Shown piece after piece: positions 19,975 through 30,157 of a stretch of 64,000 bases of DNA. Source of the DNA: a bacterium (GTDB taxonomy: Bacteria; Auribacterota; UBA3054; JAPLST01); assembly GCA_026417575.1 (NCBI GenBank), contig JAOACZ010000128.1, forward strand, positions 5,127 through 69,126, given 5' to 3'. The notes under the pieces were generated by a model. The model made no database searches. It was not told the DNA's origin and saw nothing but the letters and a program-made list of their open reading frames with translations. Numbering within the stretch: position 1 is the stretch's first letter; every line of letters begins with the position of its first letter. The position numbers were made by a program, and so were the translations under genes.

Positions 19975-21810
19975 CTAGTCTGCTTTTGCTGGCTCCAAGC
20001 GTGCGGGGCTCAACTTGTAGAGGGGAACATGCGCTTTAGCAGTCTGCATGCTCTTTCGGCATACTGCGTGTCTCCGTTGGAACGTGCGCATGAGCAGAAG
20101 GCAAACGCCACAGAGGAGCACGTGACCCGGCTCGGGGATATCGCCCACAAACACAGCGCTCATCGGCCCCCAGTTGCCCAGAGCGTCTTGACCGCGCACA
20201 TATACCAGCGCCTCCGGTCCGCCCAACATCGTGCTGTCCACATAGCCCACGACAGGTTCATAGACTGAGTCAAATGCTCCATCGGCGGCACTCATGGGAA
20301 TTGGCACCACCTGGGGATGAGTGAATGGAAGCAAAGCGCACTCTGCAGCGGCGACGAGATTGCTTCCCGTGCCGCGCTCGTCAATCACGGCCGAAACAAC
20401 AACCATGTTGCTCGGCGTCGGGACGAGTTCGAGCGCCAGCGCATCAGGCCCGGCAACTAACATGTATGGCGCGCGGGCGATCTTCGCAGCATAGATGAGA
20501 GCGCCGCGATTGGTCGGCCACTGGTCAGCATCAATGGCACTGTATGCCGGCATGAACGAAGTGCCCACTTCGAAGGTAAAGGCTGGAATACCGAGCTCGC
20601 CGTAGGCCCAATCCGTGCTATCACCGCTGGTCGAGTAAAGCGACGTACTGCTTTGACCAGCGCGGTAGCGATTGTAGCGTGCGAACTTTAATCCGATGGC
20701 GCGGAGCTCATTTGCATTCGGCGCTGGCGCGGCTGTGTCGCCCCACGGCCACAGGACGTAACGGCCGTAACTATGCAGCGAGATCAATAACCCGGTGGTG
20801 TTACTCGGGGCAGGGTCAGTGAGCAAAGGACCGCGCTGATCGGGAATCAGATTAGTTACCAACGCTTGCAGGGCGGCCACTTCCGGCTCTGACGCAGGGG
20901 CTGTTCCGCAGTAGACAAGACTACACGGAGCGGTGCTAATGCCGACGGTGCCCCAATGAAATGAGTGGTTGCGATTAAGGTCAATCCCATACTGGGCCCA
21001 GTCATCGGGTGGCCATGCGCTACAGCGATCCTGATGGGCATTTTTACGCTGCATGAAGGGCGGGCCATTAAAAGGCGGCAGCGTGCCGAGCGAGACGAGC
21101 CAATGTGCTTCGGGATTAACTAGTGGCACAATCCATGTTTCTTGTTCGTTGACAAGCCACGTGGCGTCTGGATCGTGTCCGTAGCCTTCAAGGAGCCAGT
21201 GCGCGAAGCGGATGGCCAATTCGGGCGTGGTAATTTCACGGGCATGAATTGCGGCCATCAGGAAGAAAACGGGCTTGGGGCCCGGCGTGTTGGTGGCGGT
21301 GATGCACAGGGCAAGCAGGTCATGCAACTCTTGTGTTTGCCCGCCTGGCGTTACGGTGCCACCTACTGACTTACAGTAGGCGTCGCCGTAATCAACGAGC
21401 CGAGCTAGGTGAGGGTAGGCAGCTGTCAGCGCGTTCAGGTGAGCGACAATCTCCTGCGCGGTTTTGTAGGCACCGTAAAACTCCTGCGGTGCGAAGCCCG
21501 CCGGCCGGCGCATAAAACGCGCCTGCGGGTGGGTTAGCTCGGCACTGCGTTCAGCGTCAATGCTCACACGCCATCCTTCGGCTTCCAGTTGAGCCAGCGT
21601 GCGGGGAGAGGCCGTGACGAGGACGTATCCCTCCTCGCGATCATTGAATTCATGCACATCGTAGCGTGCCACCAGGTCCTGCAACGCCGCCTCGGTCGGA
21701 TAATAGACGCGCGCCACGTAGAGCGGGGGCAGCTGTACGAGTTCTTGCTGCGCTGCAGCGACGAAGACGTTCAGGAGTAGGGCATAACCGAGGGCAAGGG
21801 AACACCTCAT
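19975..21810 (-). CDS. Secreted M14 zinc carboxypeptidase with a PEP-CTERM-like sorting segment near (but not at) the C-terminus
   Basis: A signal peptide (MRCSLALGYALLLNVFVAAA) is followed by the M14 zinc-ligand motif HAREITTPE (HxxE) and the carboxypeptidase A fold. The tail reads DIPEPGHVLLCGVCLLLMRTFQRRH and is followed by 30 more residues. Confidence 0.8.
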   Translation of the reverse strand: MRCSLALGYALLLNVFVAAAQQELVQLPPLYVARVYYPTEAALQDLVARYDVHEFNDREEGYVLVTASPRTLAQLEAEGWRVSIDAERSAELTHPQARFMRRPAGFAPQEFYGAYKTAQEIVAHLNALTAAYPHLARLVDYGDAYCKSVGGTVTPGGQTQELHDLLALCITATNTPGPKPVFFLMAAIHAREITTPELAIRFAHWLLEGYGHDPDATWLVNEQETWIVPLVNPEAHWLVSLGTLPPFNGPPFMQRKNAHQDRCSAWPPDDWAQYGIDLNRNHSFHWGTVGISTAPCSLVYCGTAPASEPEVAALQALVTNLIPDQRGPLLTDPAPSNTTGLLISLHSYGRYVLWPWGDTAAPAPNANELRAIGLKFARYNRYRAGQSSTSLYSTSGDSTDWAYGELGIPAFTFEVGTSFMPAYSAIDADQWPTNRGALIYAAKIARAPYMLVAGPDALALELVPTPSNMVVVSAVIDERGTGSNLVAAAECALLPFTHPQVVPIPMSAADGAFDSVYEPVVGYVDSTMLGGPEALVYVRGQDALGNWGPMSAVFVGDIPEPGHVLLCGVCLLLMRTFQRRHAVCRKSMQTAKAHVPLYKLSPARLEPAKAD

Positions 21811-21975
21811 ACTCCTAGTATACCACTATTACGTGGTGAATTGTTAGCGCGAGAGCAGGGTGTACCGTGAGGCGTGGTTAGGCTGTGCGTGTGTGGAGGC
21901 GCTGAGCGCTAGGCTGGCGACACTGTTTGCAGCGGCGCGTGCGGAGGAGCCAAAAGCGCGTTTAGCCCTGGCGTA

Positions 21976-24282
21976 ATGTTTCCGTCGAGCGGAAACGCGG
22001 TTGCACTTTTGAGAGACTTTGAGTATAATTTGCTAGTTGAAGATAGGTATACTGCAATGAGCGCTAGGCATACCCGACAAGGAGGGAGCATCTCCGTGGG
22101 CGGCACGTCACGTGTTGTCGGGGTGGATTTTCGCGCGGCGCTGAATGAGGTGCAATATGAGGCAGTAACGCACGGGGAGACGCCGTTATTAGTTGTCGCC
22201 GGAGCGGGCAGTGGCAAGACGCGGATACTGACGTATCGTGCGGCTTACTTGGCGGCGCAAGGGGTGCCGCCGGAGCAGATCTTGGCCGTCACTTTTACGA
22301 ATAAGGCGGCGGATGAGATGGCACGGCGGGTACACCAGCTTGTGAATGCGCGTGTTCCTGTGTCAACGTTTCACTCGTTGTGCCTACGGATGTTGCGCGA
22401 GCAGAGTGCGCGGATTCCGTATAGGCCCAACTTCGTGGTGTACGATAAGAGTGACCAGCTTGCGCTGATCAAGGAATGCATGCGACGTGTGCATGTTTCG
22501 GAGAAACACGCCAAGCCGCGTGCGTTTGCGAATGCCATCAGTCGTGCGAAGGATCGTTTGCTTGATGCAGCCCAATTTGGCGCGACGGTAAAGAGCTATT
22601 TAGAGGAAGCGGTTGCGCTGGTGTACCGGGAGTATGAGCAGGCGTTGCAGCGGGCGAACGCGATGGATTTTGACGATTTGATCATGCAATGCGTGCGGTT
22701 GTTGGAGCGGGTACCGGAGGTAGCGCAGTATTATCAGCAACGTTACGCGCACGTACTTGTGGACGAATTTCAAGACACGAACTACGCGCAGTACGTGCTG
22801 ATGAAGATTCTTGTGGCACCGCATCGGCGAGTAAGTGCGGTGGGAGACCCGGACCAGTCTATTTACCGCTTTCGCGGGGCAGAGATCCGGAACATTCTTG
22901 ATTTCGAGCGTGACTTTCCCGAGGCGCGGGTGATCACGCTGGAACAGAATTACCGGAGCACGGCGACGATTCTTGCCGCGGCCAACCGGGTCATCGCGCA
23001 CAATGTGGAGCGCAAGGAAAAAAGACTGTGGACACAGAATCCGGCAGGTGTGCCGGTGCAAGTATACCGCGCAGCGGACGAACATGATGAGGCGCGCGAG
23101 GTGGCGGCGCGTATACAGGCATTGGAACGAAATGGTGCGATTCGTTCGCTGCGCGATGTGGTGGTGTTTTATCGTGTGCATGCGCTTTCGCGCGTGTTTG
23201 AGGAGGCGTTTCGGCACGCACGTTTGCCGTACGTGATTGTGGGGGATGTAAGCTTTTATCAGCGGCGCGAAATAAAGGACATTGTGGCCTATTTGCGCGT
23301 GCTGGTGAATCCTGCAGACGACGTAAATGTGCGGCGGGTGTTGAACGTGCCGCCACGGGGGATTGGGGAAGCGACGGAGGAGATGATTGCGGAATGTGCG
23401 CAAGCGCGAGGGTGCTGCTTTTACGCGATGTTGGAGCAACCGGAGCAGTTGCCGCGGATGACGCCGACGTTGCGGCGGCGGTTACAAGAATTCACGGGGA
23501 TGATCGCACGCCTGCGCGCGGCGCGCGGGGAGGCGTTGCCGACGGAGCTGATTCGGCGGGTGCTGGACGAGACGAACTACATCGCGCAGATGTGCGGCTC
23601 CGATGATGTGCAGGATGTGGCGCGGCGAGAGAATATTCAGGAATTTCTCTCTGCGGCTGCAGACTATGAGAATAGCTGTCCGGAAACGGTGGCATCGCTC
23701 GAGGGCTTTTTGCATTCGATTGCCCTCACGGCGGAAATTGACACCTGGAACGACAGCGCTGACGCGGTGACGTTGATGACGATTCACAATGCCAAGGGGC
23801 TAGAGTTTCCGGTTGTCTTCATGGCGGGGCTGGAAGAGGATTTATTTCCGCACTACAACTCGCTGGAAGATCCTACGGACATTGAGGAAGAGCGGCGGTT
23901 ATGTTACGTTGGCATGACACGTGCGCAGGAACGGCTGATTTTGACCACGGCGGCACATCGGACTATTTTTGGGCTGCGCAAGGTGCGTGAACCTTCGCGT
24001 TTTTTGAGGGAATTGCCGGCGGAGGACGTTGAAACGACGTACAGTACGCAGCATGAGTTGATCAGCGCGCCAGAACCGCGGGCGCGGGTGTCACGTGCCA
24101 CGCCTGGCACAAATGGCGAGTACACGGCGGGAATGCGTGTGATGCATCATGTGTTTGGTCCGGGGCGGATCGTGTCTGTATGCGGCTCGGGCGACGCGGC
24201 GCGCTTAACGATCGAGTTTGAGCGCCTGCCGACGCCGAAGGTGCTTGTGGCGCAGTACGCGAAATTGCGGGTGGTAAAATGA
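21976..24282 (+). CDS. uvrD: ATP-dependent DNA helicase, UvrD/PcrA family. The true start is probably the ATG at 22057.
   Basis: Walker A AGAGSGKTRILT, helicase motifs through the TIHNAKGLEFPVVF (motif V/VI) region and a C-terminal Tudor-like tail. It looks like a full-length housekeeping SF1 helicase. Confidence 0.85.
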   Translation: MFPSSGNAVALLRDFEYNLLVEDRYTAMSARHTRQGGSISVGGTSRVVGVDFRAALNEVQYEAVTHGETPLLVVAGAGSGKTRILTYRAAYLAAQGVPPEQILAVTFTNKAADEMARRVHQLVNARVPVSTFHSLCLRMLREQSARIPYRPNFVVYDKSDQLALIKECMRRVHVSEKHAKPRAFANAISRAKDRLLDAAQFGATVKSYLEEAVALVYREYEQALQRANAMDFDDLIMQCVRLLERVPEVAQYYQQRYAHVLVDEFQDTNYAQYVLMKILVAPHRRVSAVGDPDQSIYRFRGAEIRNILDFERDFPEARVITLEQNYRSTATILAAANRVIAHNVERKEKRLWTQNPAGVPVQVYRAADEHDEAREVAARIQALERNGAIRSLRDVVVFYRVHALSRVFEEAFRHARLPYVIVGDVSFYQRREIKDIVAYLRVLVNPADDVNVRRVLNVPPRGIGEATEEMIAECAQARGCCFYAMLEQPEQLPRMTPTLRRRLQEFTGMIARLRAARGEALPTELIRRVLDETNYIAQMCGSDDVQDVARRENIQEFLSAAADYENSCPETVASLEGFLHSIALTAEIDTWNDSADAVTLMTIHNAKGLEFPVVFMAGLEEDLFPHYNSLEDPTDIEEERRLCYVGMTRAQERLILTTAAHRTIFGLRKVREPSRFLRELPAEDVETTYSTQHELISAPEPRARVSRATPGTNGEYTAGMRVMHHVFGPGRIVSVCGSGDAARLTIEFERLPTPKVLVAQYAKLRVVK
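22001..22029 (+). promoter_or_regulatory. Candidate sigma70 promoter (TTGCAC-N17-TATAAT) for uvrD
   Basis: The -35 hexamer is at 22001-22006 and a perfect -10 TATAAT at 22024-22029, about 28 nt upstream of the probable ATG at 22057. Confidence 0.4.
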
Positions 24283-24317
24283 GGTTGGAGGGTGCGCGGG
24301 GACGCACCTAGGCTGCC

Positions 24318-25562
24318 ATGTGCATGCTATCCGCGAGCGATCATCGGGTGAGCATCCAACCGTGTGCGACGTATGAGCGCGGACAAGTATTGGCGGCGCT
24401 GCGGGCGTGCTTAGGGCCATGGGGCGGGATGGGGGCGTTTGTGCGGGCGGGACAGCGAGTGCTGGTAAAGCCGAATTTGCTCATGGGAATAACACCGGCG
24501 GCGGCAGCGACGACGCATCCGGCAGTGGTTGATGCGGTACTGACGCTCGTGCGCGAAGTGGGTGGCGAGCCGATGGTGGGCGATAGTCCTGGGATCGGCG
24601 TGTTGGAACAGGTGATTGGGCCGACAGGAGTACGGGAGGTGATAGAAGAGCACGGGGCGGAGGTAGCCGATTTTACGCGCGAACAGGTGTTTGTCTGCGA
24701 GGACAATCTGATTGGCAAGCGCATTGCGTTGGCACGAGCACTCGCCCAGGCTGATGTGTACATCACGGTACCGAAGCTGAAAACACACGTGCAGTTGGTC
24801 CTGACGTGTGCGATCAAGAACCAGTATGGATTGATTCCGGGTGCGCGCAAAGGTGAATATCACATGCGCTTGCGGGATCGTGACACGCTGGCGGAGCTAC
24901 TGATTGATATTAATCGGATCGCGAAGCCGGCGCTGGGCATTGTGGATGCGATCGAGGCAATGGAGGGGGATGGGCCGAGTGGGGGGACACCACGGCACGT
25001 GGGATTGCTGCTTGCCGGCGCGGACATGACGGCGCTGGACGTGGTGGCAAGTGAACTGATCGGGTTAGACCCGGCGCACGTACCGACGATTCAGGCGGCG
25101 CGGCGGCGCGGGTATGGGGCGACATCACGGGCAGTTATTCAGGTGATTGGGCCGTGCTTAGAGGAGGTGCGTCCGGCAAGTTTTCGCCATGTAGGGCATT
25201 TGAAGGATATCCAATCGATTGTACCGGTACCGAAGTTTCTGCTGGGGTGGATACGGCGGCATTGGGCGCCGCGGCCGCGGATTGTGGCAGAGGCATGCAT
25301 TCGATGTTTTGCGTGTCGGAATGGGTGCCCGGTGCGGCCGCCGGCGATTGATCCGGCGCGGCCGGTGCGGCAACAAGTGGACGACCGGACGTGTATTCGT
25401 TGTTATTGCTGTCATGAGTTTTGCCCGGCGCATGCGATCGTATTGAAGCGGACGTGGTTAGCGCGGGTGATTTCTTTTACGCGGGTATTGGATTGGGTGG
25501 CGCGGCATTTGGGGCGCGTCGTGCAGTTGGTGGTGCGCCTGCGAGGGCCGGCGCATGTCTAG
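24318..25562 (+). CDS. DUF362-domain protein fused to a 2x[4Fe-4S] ferredoxin domain
   Basis: The N-terminal DUF362-like region (VLVKPNLLMG...) is followed by two ferredoxin cysteine clusters, CIRCFACRNGCP and CIRCYCCHEFCP. Confidence 0.6.
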   Translation: MCMLSASDHRVSIQPCATYERGQVLAALRACLGPWGGMGAFVRAGQRVLVKPNLLMGITPAAAATTHPAVVDAVLTLVREVGGEPMVGDSPGIGVLEQVIGPTGVREVIEEHGAEVADFTREQVFVCEDNLIGKRIALARALAQADVYITVPKLKTHVQLVLTCAIKNQYGLIPGARKGEYHMRLRDRDTLAELLIDINRIAKPALGIVDAIEAMEGDGPSGGTPRHVGLLLAGADMTALDVVASELIGLDPAHVPTIQAARRRGYGATSRAVIQVIGPCLEEVRPASFRHVGHLKDIQSIVPVPKFLLGWIRRHWAPRPRIVAEACIRCFACRNGCPVRPPAIDPARPVRQQVDDRTCIRCYCCHEFCPAHAIVLKRTWLARVISFTRVLDWVARHLGRVVQLVVRLRGPAHV

Positions 25563-25613
25563 AGTCGGACGGGTCGGACGAGCTGGTCGGAGGAGTAAGG
25601 CGCACGTTGGGCT

Positions 25614-26618
25614 ATGAGGAGTGGGCGTGGCTGGGTGGTTGTGCGGTGTGGGGTGTACGTAGCTGTGGCGGGGTACGCGATGAGCTTGCTTGTGCGCATG
25701 CCTGGGGAGAGTTGGCGGCGGCCGCTTCCGCCGCTGACTGAGGTGCACGCTGCGCTGGCAGAAGCTCTGCATCGTGATGTGACTTATCTGGCTGGGGAAC
25801 TCGGGCCACGGCATGTGTGGCGACCGGAATATCTTGCAGCAGCACGTTCGTTTATCTCGGCGGCATTGAGCAACGCTGGGTTGATGGTGGCTCACTATGA
25901 CTATGTCGTGGTGTCAGTGACCTGCACGATTATTGAAGCCACGTTGCTTGGGCATAGGCGTCCAGAAGAGATCGTTGTAGTGGGGGCGCATTATGACACA
26001 ATCGAGGGAACACCTGGTGCGGATGATAATGCCTCAGGCGTAGCAGCATTGCTGGCGCTGGGTCGTTTGCTGGCATCACATCAGCCAGCGCGCACGATTC
26101 GGTTTGTGGCGTTTCCAAATGAAGAGCCGCCCTTTTTTCAAACCCGCGAGATGGGGAGCAGAGTGTACGCGGCACTGTGCCGGGGACGGGGCGACAGAAT
26201 ACAAGCCATGCTGGCACTTGAGATGCTGGGCTACTACAGCGAGAAGGAAGGTTCACAGGGATTTCCGCCGCTGTTGGGGCCATTCTTGCGTCCGTGGTAC
26301 CCATCGCGGGGAAATTTTGTCGGGTTTGTAAGCAATCTTCGCTCGCTGTGGCTGCTACGGCGCGTGGTGGGAACGTTTCGCCGTGCGGCAGAGATGCCTG
26401 CAGAAGGCGCGGTCTTACCAACGGTGCTAAGTGGCTTGTCCGACAACTGGTCGTTTTGGCAAGAAGGGTATCCCGCAGTGATGGTGACCGACACGGCTAT
26501 GTTTCGTAACCCTCACTATCACTTGGCGAGCGATCTTCCTGAGACGTTGGATTACGAACGTATGGCACGAGTGGTCGGCGGTTTAGAAGTGGTGGTCCGT
26601 GCGTTAGCCAACGAGTAG
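25614..26618 (+). CDS. M28-family metallopeptidase (aminopeptidase-like)
   Basis: VVGAHYDT...GADDNASGVAALLALGR...FVAFPNEE are typical M28 metal-ligand motifs. The start may be an internal Met (MSLLVRM). Confidence 0.7.
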   Translation: MRSGRGWVVVRCGVYVAVAGYAMSLLVRMPGESWRRPLPPLTEVHAALAEALHRDVTYLAGELGPRHVWRPEYLAAARSFISAALSNAGLMVAHYDYVVVSVTCTIIEATLLGHRRPEEIVVVGAHYDTIEGTPGADDNASGVAALLALGRLLASHQPARTIRFVAFPNEEPPFFQTREMGSRVYAALCRGRGDRIQAMLALEMLGYYSEKEGSQGFPPLLGPFLRPWYPSRGNFVGFVSNLRSLWLLRRVVGTFRRAAEMPAEGAVLPTVLSGLSDNWSFWQEGYPAVMVTDTAMFRNPHYHLASDLPETLDYERMARVVGGLEVVVRALANE

Positions 26619-26772
26619 GGTGGATGTGCCGCTATCGCATGGTGGGAGGGCGCGCGCAAACACTTGGGCGGGAGGGGACCGAACCGAGAAAATGTTATAC
26701 TAGGTGTGGGCGCAACATAAGCCCAAGGCACGCTCTTGTCCTACCGTTGTGTCACACACTCAAGGATCTGCC

Positions 26773-28779
26773 ATGAAAATGCAGCTTTTGCGGTGGTTGC
26801 GAGATGCTTCTCTCTGTGGCGTCGCGTTGGTCTTCTGCTTTATCCTCAACGATAATAGCCTTGCGGCGCCAGTGAGCACGCCGCAGGCGTATACAGCTGC
26901 GCTGAGCTTTGTGTGCCTGCGTTTTCCGGCACGGCCCGGGGCGGCGGTGCGCAGTATCACGGCACGAGGGCGTTCGGCCCTGGGGATTGCACGAGTGGGG
27001 CGCATGCGGGGTTCTGGGGGGCGCACGATCGCGTTTCTCGCGCAGTTGACACCGCGAGGTTTTGTCCTTTTGCGTGCGGATGACGAGCTCCCTCCGCTCA
27101 AGCTGTACAGCGACACGACGATGTTTGAGAATCTGCCTGGATGGGCGCGGAGGGTGGTGGCCGAGGAGTTAGAGGAGGAGCTCCTGGAACTTTTGCGACG
27201 ACGGACCGGGGGCGTGGTGCGGGTGCGCTCATTTACTGGCGCGTGGCAGGCGTTAGCTGGGAACGCGGGGGAGAACGGGGCTCATGGTACTGAGGAGTGG
27301 GTGGGGGCAGCGGCGGTGGGGCCGTTGTTATCGACGGCGTGGGATCAAGGTGACCCGTACAACCTGCACATGCCAACGGTAAGTGGGGCACCGAGTGGCT
27401 ATGGTGGTCGTGCGCCGGCGGGGTGCGGAGCGATCGCGTTAGCACAAATTTTGCGTTATCATACGAAACCCGCCCAGATTGCGAGTGACGAGACGTACAC
27501 AGACAATAATGGCTCGTGTCGCGGCACGCATTCGGCGAGCAAGGCTGGCCTGACACCGTATGATTGGGCGAATATGCCTGCAAGCGTGACATCGGGAAGT
27601 TCTGCGGTGCAGAAGAACGCGGTGGCGCAGCTGATTTGGCATTGTGCCGTTGCCCTGCATATGGACTTTGAAGCGAACGGGAGCGGGTCGTCGACCAGCG
27701 CGGCGGTGAGTGCCTTACGTACACTTTTTGGTTACACGTGCGACAACTACGTGACCCGTAGTGGGTTCAGTGATAGCGCATGGTTTGCCAAACTGAGCAA
27801 CGATATCAACGCGGCCAAACCGGTAGAGTATGTAATTACCTCGAGTGAGGGTGGTCACATGGTAGTGTGTGATGGGGTGACAGGGACGAGTCAGATTCAC
27901 CTCAATTTTGGGTGGGGAACGTTTTTGCCTGGCGCGACCGCGTGGTACGATTTGAACAGTATCGTCGCGGGCGGCTCGACGTGGACGACGCATGGTGCGA
28001 TTTTCAACATTACGCCGCCGACGAGCGGCACAGCGCCGACGGTTACGGCTTTTAGCATCAACAATGGGGCGGCATCTACGTCCACGCGTACGGTAAGCTT
28101 GAACAATACGTGTAGCGGATCGCCGACAGAGTATATGGCAAGTGAGAGCAGCAGTTTTTCTGGGGCGAGCTGGCTGCCGTACAGTCCAGCGCCCAGTTTC
28201 ACGCTGAGCAGCGGCAATGGGACGAAAACGGTGTACTTTAAGGTACGAAATTCATTTGGCACGTCGAGTGCGGCGGCGGACACGATTACGCTCAATGAGA
28301 GCAGCTATCCGCCTCTGGTGGTTTTGCGGATGCGGGAGAAGATCAATTGGGCCAAAGGGGGTGTGGGGTCGGGGGTGGTAAGCGTGGCGGTGCCGACAGC
28401 TTTGACGAGTTTGGCGTCCTTTCTCCCGTCGTACAGTGAGGTCATGCGCATTTCTGCGGATGGCACGCAGTGGTTGCTCTGCCCGAGCGGTGAGTTTATC
28501 AAGGCTGATAAAAACTACACCAAGTTAGTGTACTTTTCAAAGAGTGGCGCGTCGTTCCGTAAGACGGTAATGCGCCTCGCTGGGGGGTATTTGTTCATTA
28601 CGCGGACGCATGCGAATGCACTGAACCGCGAGTTTGGGTATCAGGTTACTTCAGCGGGGACGGCGGGGTGGCAACAAAAGACCGTGTATGTACGCGTGAA
28701 TTTCAGTGGTGTACAGGGGGAAGGTACGCACACGATTACGTATAAGACCGTAGACGGCCTGGTTACCACAATTAAGTGA
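26773..28779 (+). CDS. Secreted C10-family (streptopain-like) cysteine peptidase with C-terminal beta-rich, probably Ig-like, domains
   Basis: The start is placed at MKMQLLRWL (ATG at 26773, AAGGA 5 nt upstream), followed by a signal peptide. The catalytic Cys sits in GCGAIALAQILRYH and the catalytic His in GGHMVVCDG. About 300 residues follow. Confidence 0.6.
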   Translation: MKMQLLRWLRDASLCGVALVFCFILNDNSLAAPVSTPQAYTAALSFVCLRFPARPGAAVRSITARGRSALGIARVGRMRGSGGRTIAFLAQLTPRGFVLLRADDELPPLKLYSDTTMFENLPGWARRVVAEELEEELLELLRRRTGGVVRVRSFTGAWQALAGNAGENGAHGTEEWVGAAAVGPLLSTAWDQGDPYNLHMPTVSGAPSGYGGRAPAGCGAIALAQILRYHTKPAQIASDETYTDNNGSCRGTHSASKAGLTPYDWANMPASVTSGSSAVQKNAVAQLIWHCAVALHMDFEANGSGSSTSAAVSALRTLFGYTCDNYVTRSGFSDSAWFAKLSNDINAAKPVEYVITSSEGGHMVVCDGVTGTSQIHLNFGWGTFLPGATAWYDLNSIVAGGSTWTTHGAIFNITPPTSGTAPTVTAFSINNGAASTSTRTVSLNNTCSGSPTEYMASESSSFSGASWLPYSPAPSFTLSSGNGTKTVYFKVRNSFGTSSAAADTITLNESSYPPLVVLRMREKINWAKGGVGSGVVSVAVPTALTSLASFLPSYSEVMRISADGTQWLLCPSGEFIKADKNYTKLVYFSKSGASFRKTVMRLAGGYLFITRTHANALNREFGYQVTSAGTAGWQQKTVYVRVNFSGVQGEGTHTITYKTVDGLVTTIK

Positions 28780-30157
28780 TCTCACTGCCACGCAGGGTGG
28801 TTGCGCGCCGCTGCAAGCAGAGCAGGAGCAGCGCGGCGAGCACCGTTGGCAGGAACCCCTCAGGGACCGTTTCATAGCAGCCCATATCGACATGCTGGCC
28901 TTGAATGCGAGGCTGGTGGTCTAAGTCCCAGGGGAGGGCGGCGGCGGTGTCATCGCCTGCTTCAAGGCAGGGCGAATGTGCCTGAAGATGAAAGTTACCG
29001 GCGAGGCTGTTGACGAAGAGGGGCGGATTAGTGATGTTGCCTAGGCCGGTGAGGGCGATTGGTGTGCAGGAGTAATGGGCTTTGAGACCGCTGGTATTTA
29101 CTTCGGGGGAGGAGTTTTCATAGACGATGCTGTTGGTCAGCCCGCCGCCACCGATCCCGCCAGGATTGCCGTGATTGCGGGCAATGGTACAGTTGACGAG
29201 GGAACAGGCGGAGGCGCCGCCGAAGCCTTGGGCGGCCTCGTTATAGGCGAGGAGGCAGTTGTACAGGCGGGCGGCCGCGGCGCCGCCGGCGAAGTTGCTG
29301 TTACTGCTGATATTAGCGATAAAGCGGCAACGCTGGTAGGTACCGCCGCTGGCGCCGCCATGACCAAGTAGGCTGACGTTGCTCGCGATGAGGGAATCGA
29401 AGGCGAACGTATTCAACGTGCCCGCGGCGGTGCTAGCGCGGTTCGCGGTGACGATGCAGTTACTTATGAAGCTGGCATCGGCGCCGCCCCCTGCCAGGGA
29501 TTCATTTTCGCTGATGAGGCAGTTTTGCGCGGTAACAGAGTAGCATCCGCCACCGCCACTGGCGGGGCTGTTTTGGCCGCGGGCGAAATTGCCGGTGAGG
29601 ATGCAGTCTGCGAGGTCACTGAAGGCCGCGCCGCCACCAAAACCGACTGAGCCGGTGTTGGCAGTATTTTTGATAATGCGGCAGTTGCGGACGGTGCCGT
29701 AGTAGACGCCTCCGCCGCGTGCGGCGCCGCGGTTGTGTGCAAGTACGCAGTGACGAATCAGCGGGTTGGTGCTGGCACATTCTATGCCCGCGCCGAACCC
29801 GCTGTAGAAGAAATTGCTGACCGTGAAGGCAACGAAGGTACCGTTGTTGCTGCCGAGGTACACGCCGCCGATATAGGTGAAGGGCCTGGGGGTGATGACC
29901 GTCCATGCAGCACCGAAAGCGCCGCTGACAGTGAGCTGGTTGGTAATAATGAGCCTGGCGGCAAGGCGATAGATGCCGCTGTAGACCAGGACGAGATCGT
30001 TTGGCATAGCGAGGTCTACCGCTGATTGAATGTTCGTGGCGGCGCCGGCCCAGCCATTCGTAAATGGTGGGATGTGGGCACCGTGTAAGGCGACGTAGCG
30101 AGTTGTTGCGGAGAGTGGCAGCACTGCGAGCAGGCAGAAGAAGACGTAGCGTTTCAT
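28772..30157 (-). CDS. Secreted right-handed parallel beta-helix (pectin-lyase-fold) repeat protein with a PEP-CTERM-like tail
   Basis: Has a signal peptide (MKRYVFFCLLAVLPLSA) and many Gly/Asn-rich beta-helix repeats (NxxxxN, GGGA...). The C-terminus reads TVPEGFLPTVLAALLLLCLQRRATTLRGSEIT. Confidence 0.6.
   Translation of the reverse strand: MKRYVFFCLLAVLPLSATTRYVALHGAHIPPFTNGWAGAATNIQSAVDLAMPNDLVLVYSGIYRLAARLIITNQLTVSGAFGAAWTVITPRPFTYIGGVYLGSNNGTFVAFTVSNFFYSGFGAGIECASTNPLIRHCVLAHNRGAARGGGVYYGTVRNCRIIKNTANTGSVGFGGGAAFSDLADCILTGNFARGQNSPASGGGGCYSVTAQNCLISENESLAGGGADASFISNCIVTANRASTAAGTLNTFAFDSLIASNVSLLGHGGASGGTYQRCRFIANISSNSNFAGGAAAARLYNCLLAYNEAAQGFGGASACSLVNCTIARNHGNPGGIGGGGLTNSIVYENSSPEVNTSGLKAHYSCTPIALTGLGNITNPPLFVNSLAGNFHLQAHSPCLEAGDDTAAALPWDLDHQPRIQGQHVDMGCYETVPEGFLPTVLAALLLLCLQRRATTLRGSEIT

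Noticed and set aside
19846-19990. Cys-rich peptide (RCGHCKHC...CINCAEC...CFAAPNWCG) readable on the minus strand downstream of the M14 gene
   Set aside because: There is no ATG/GTG/TTG start in frame before an upstream stop, and it is shorter than any listed ORF. It is probably fortuitous.
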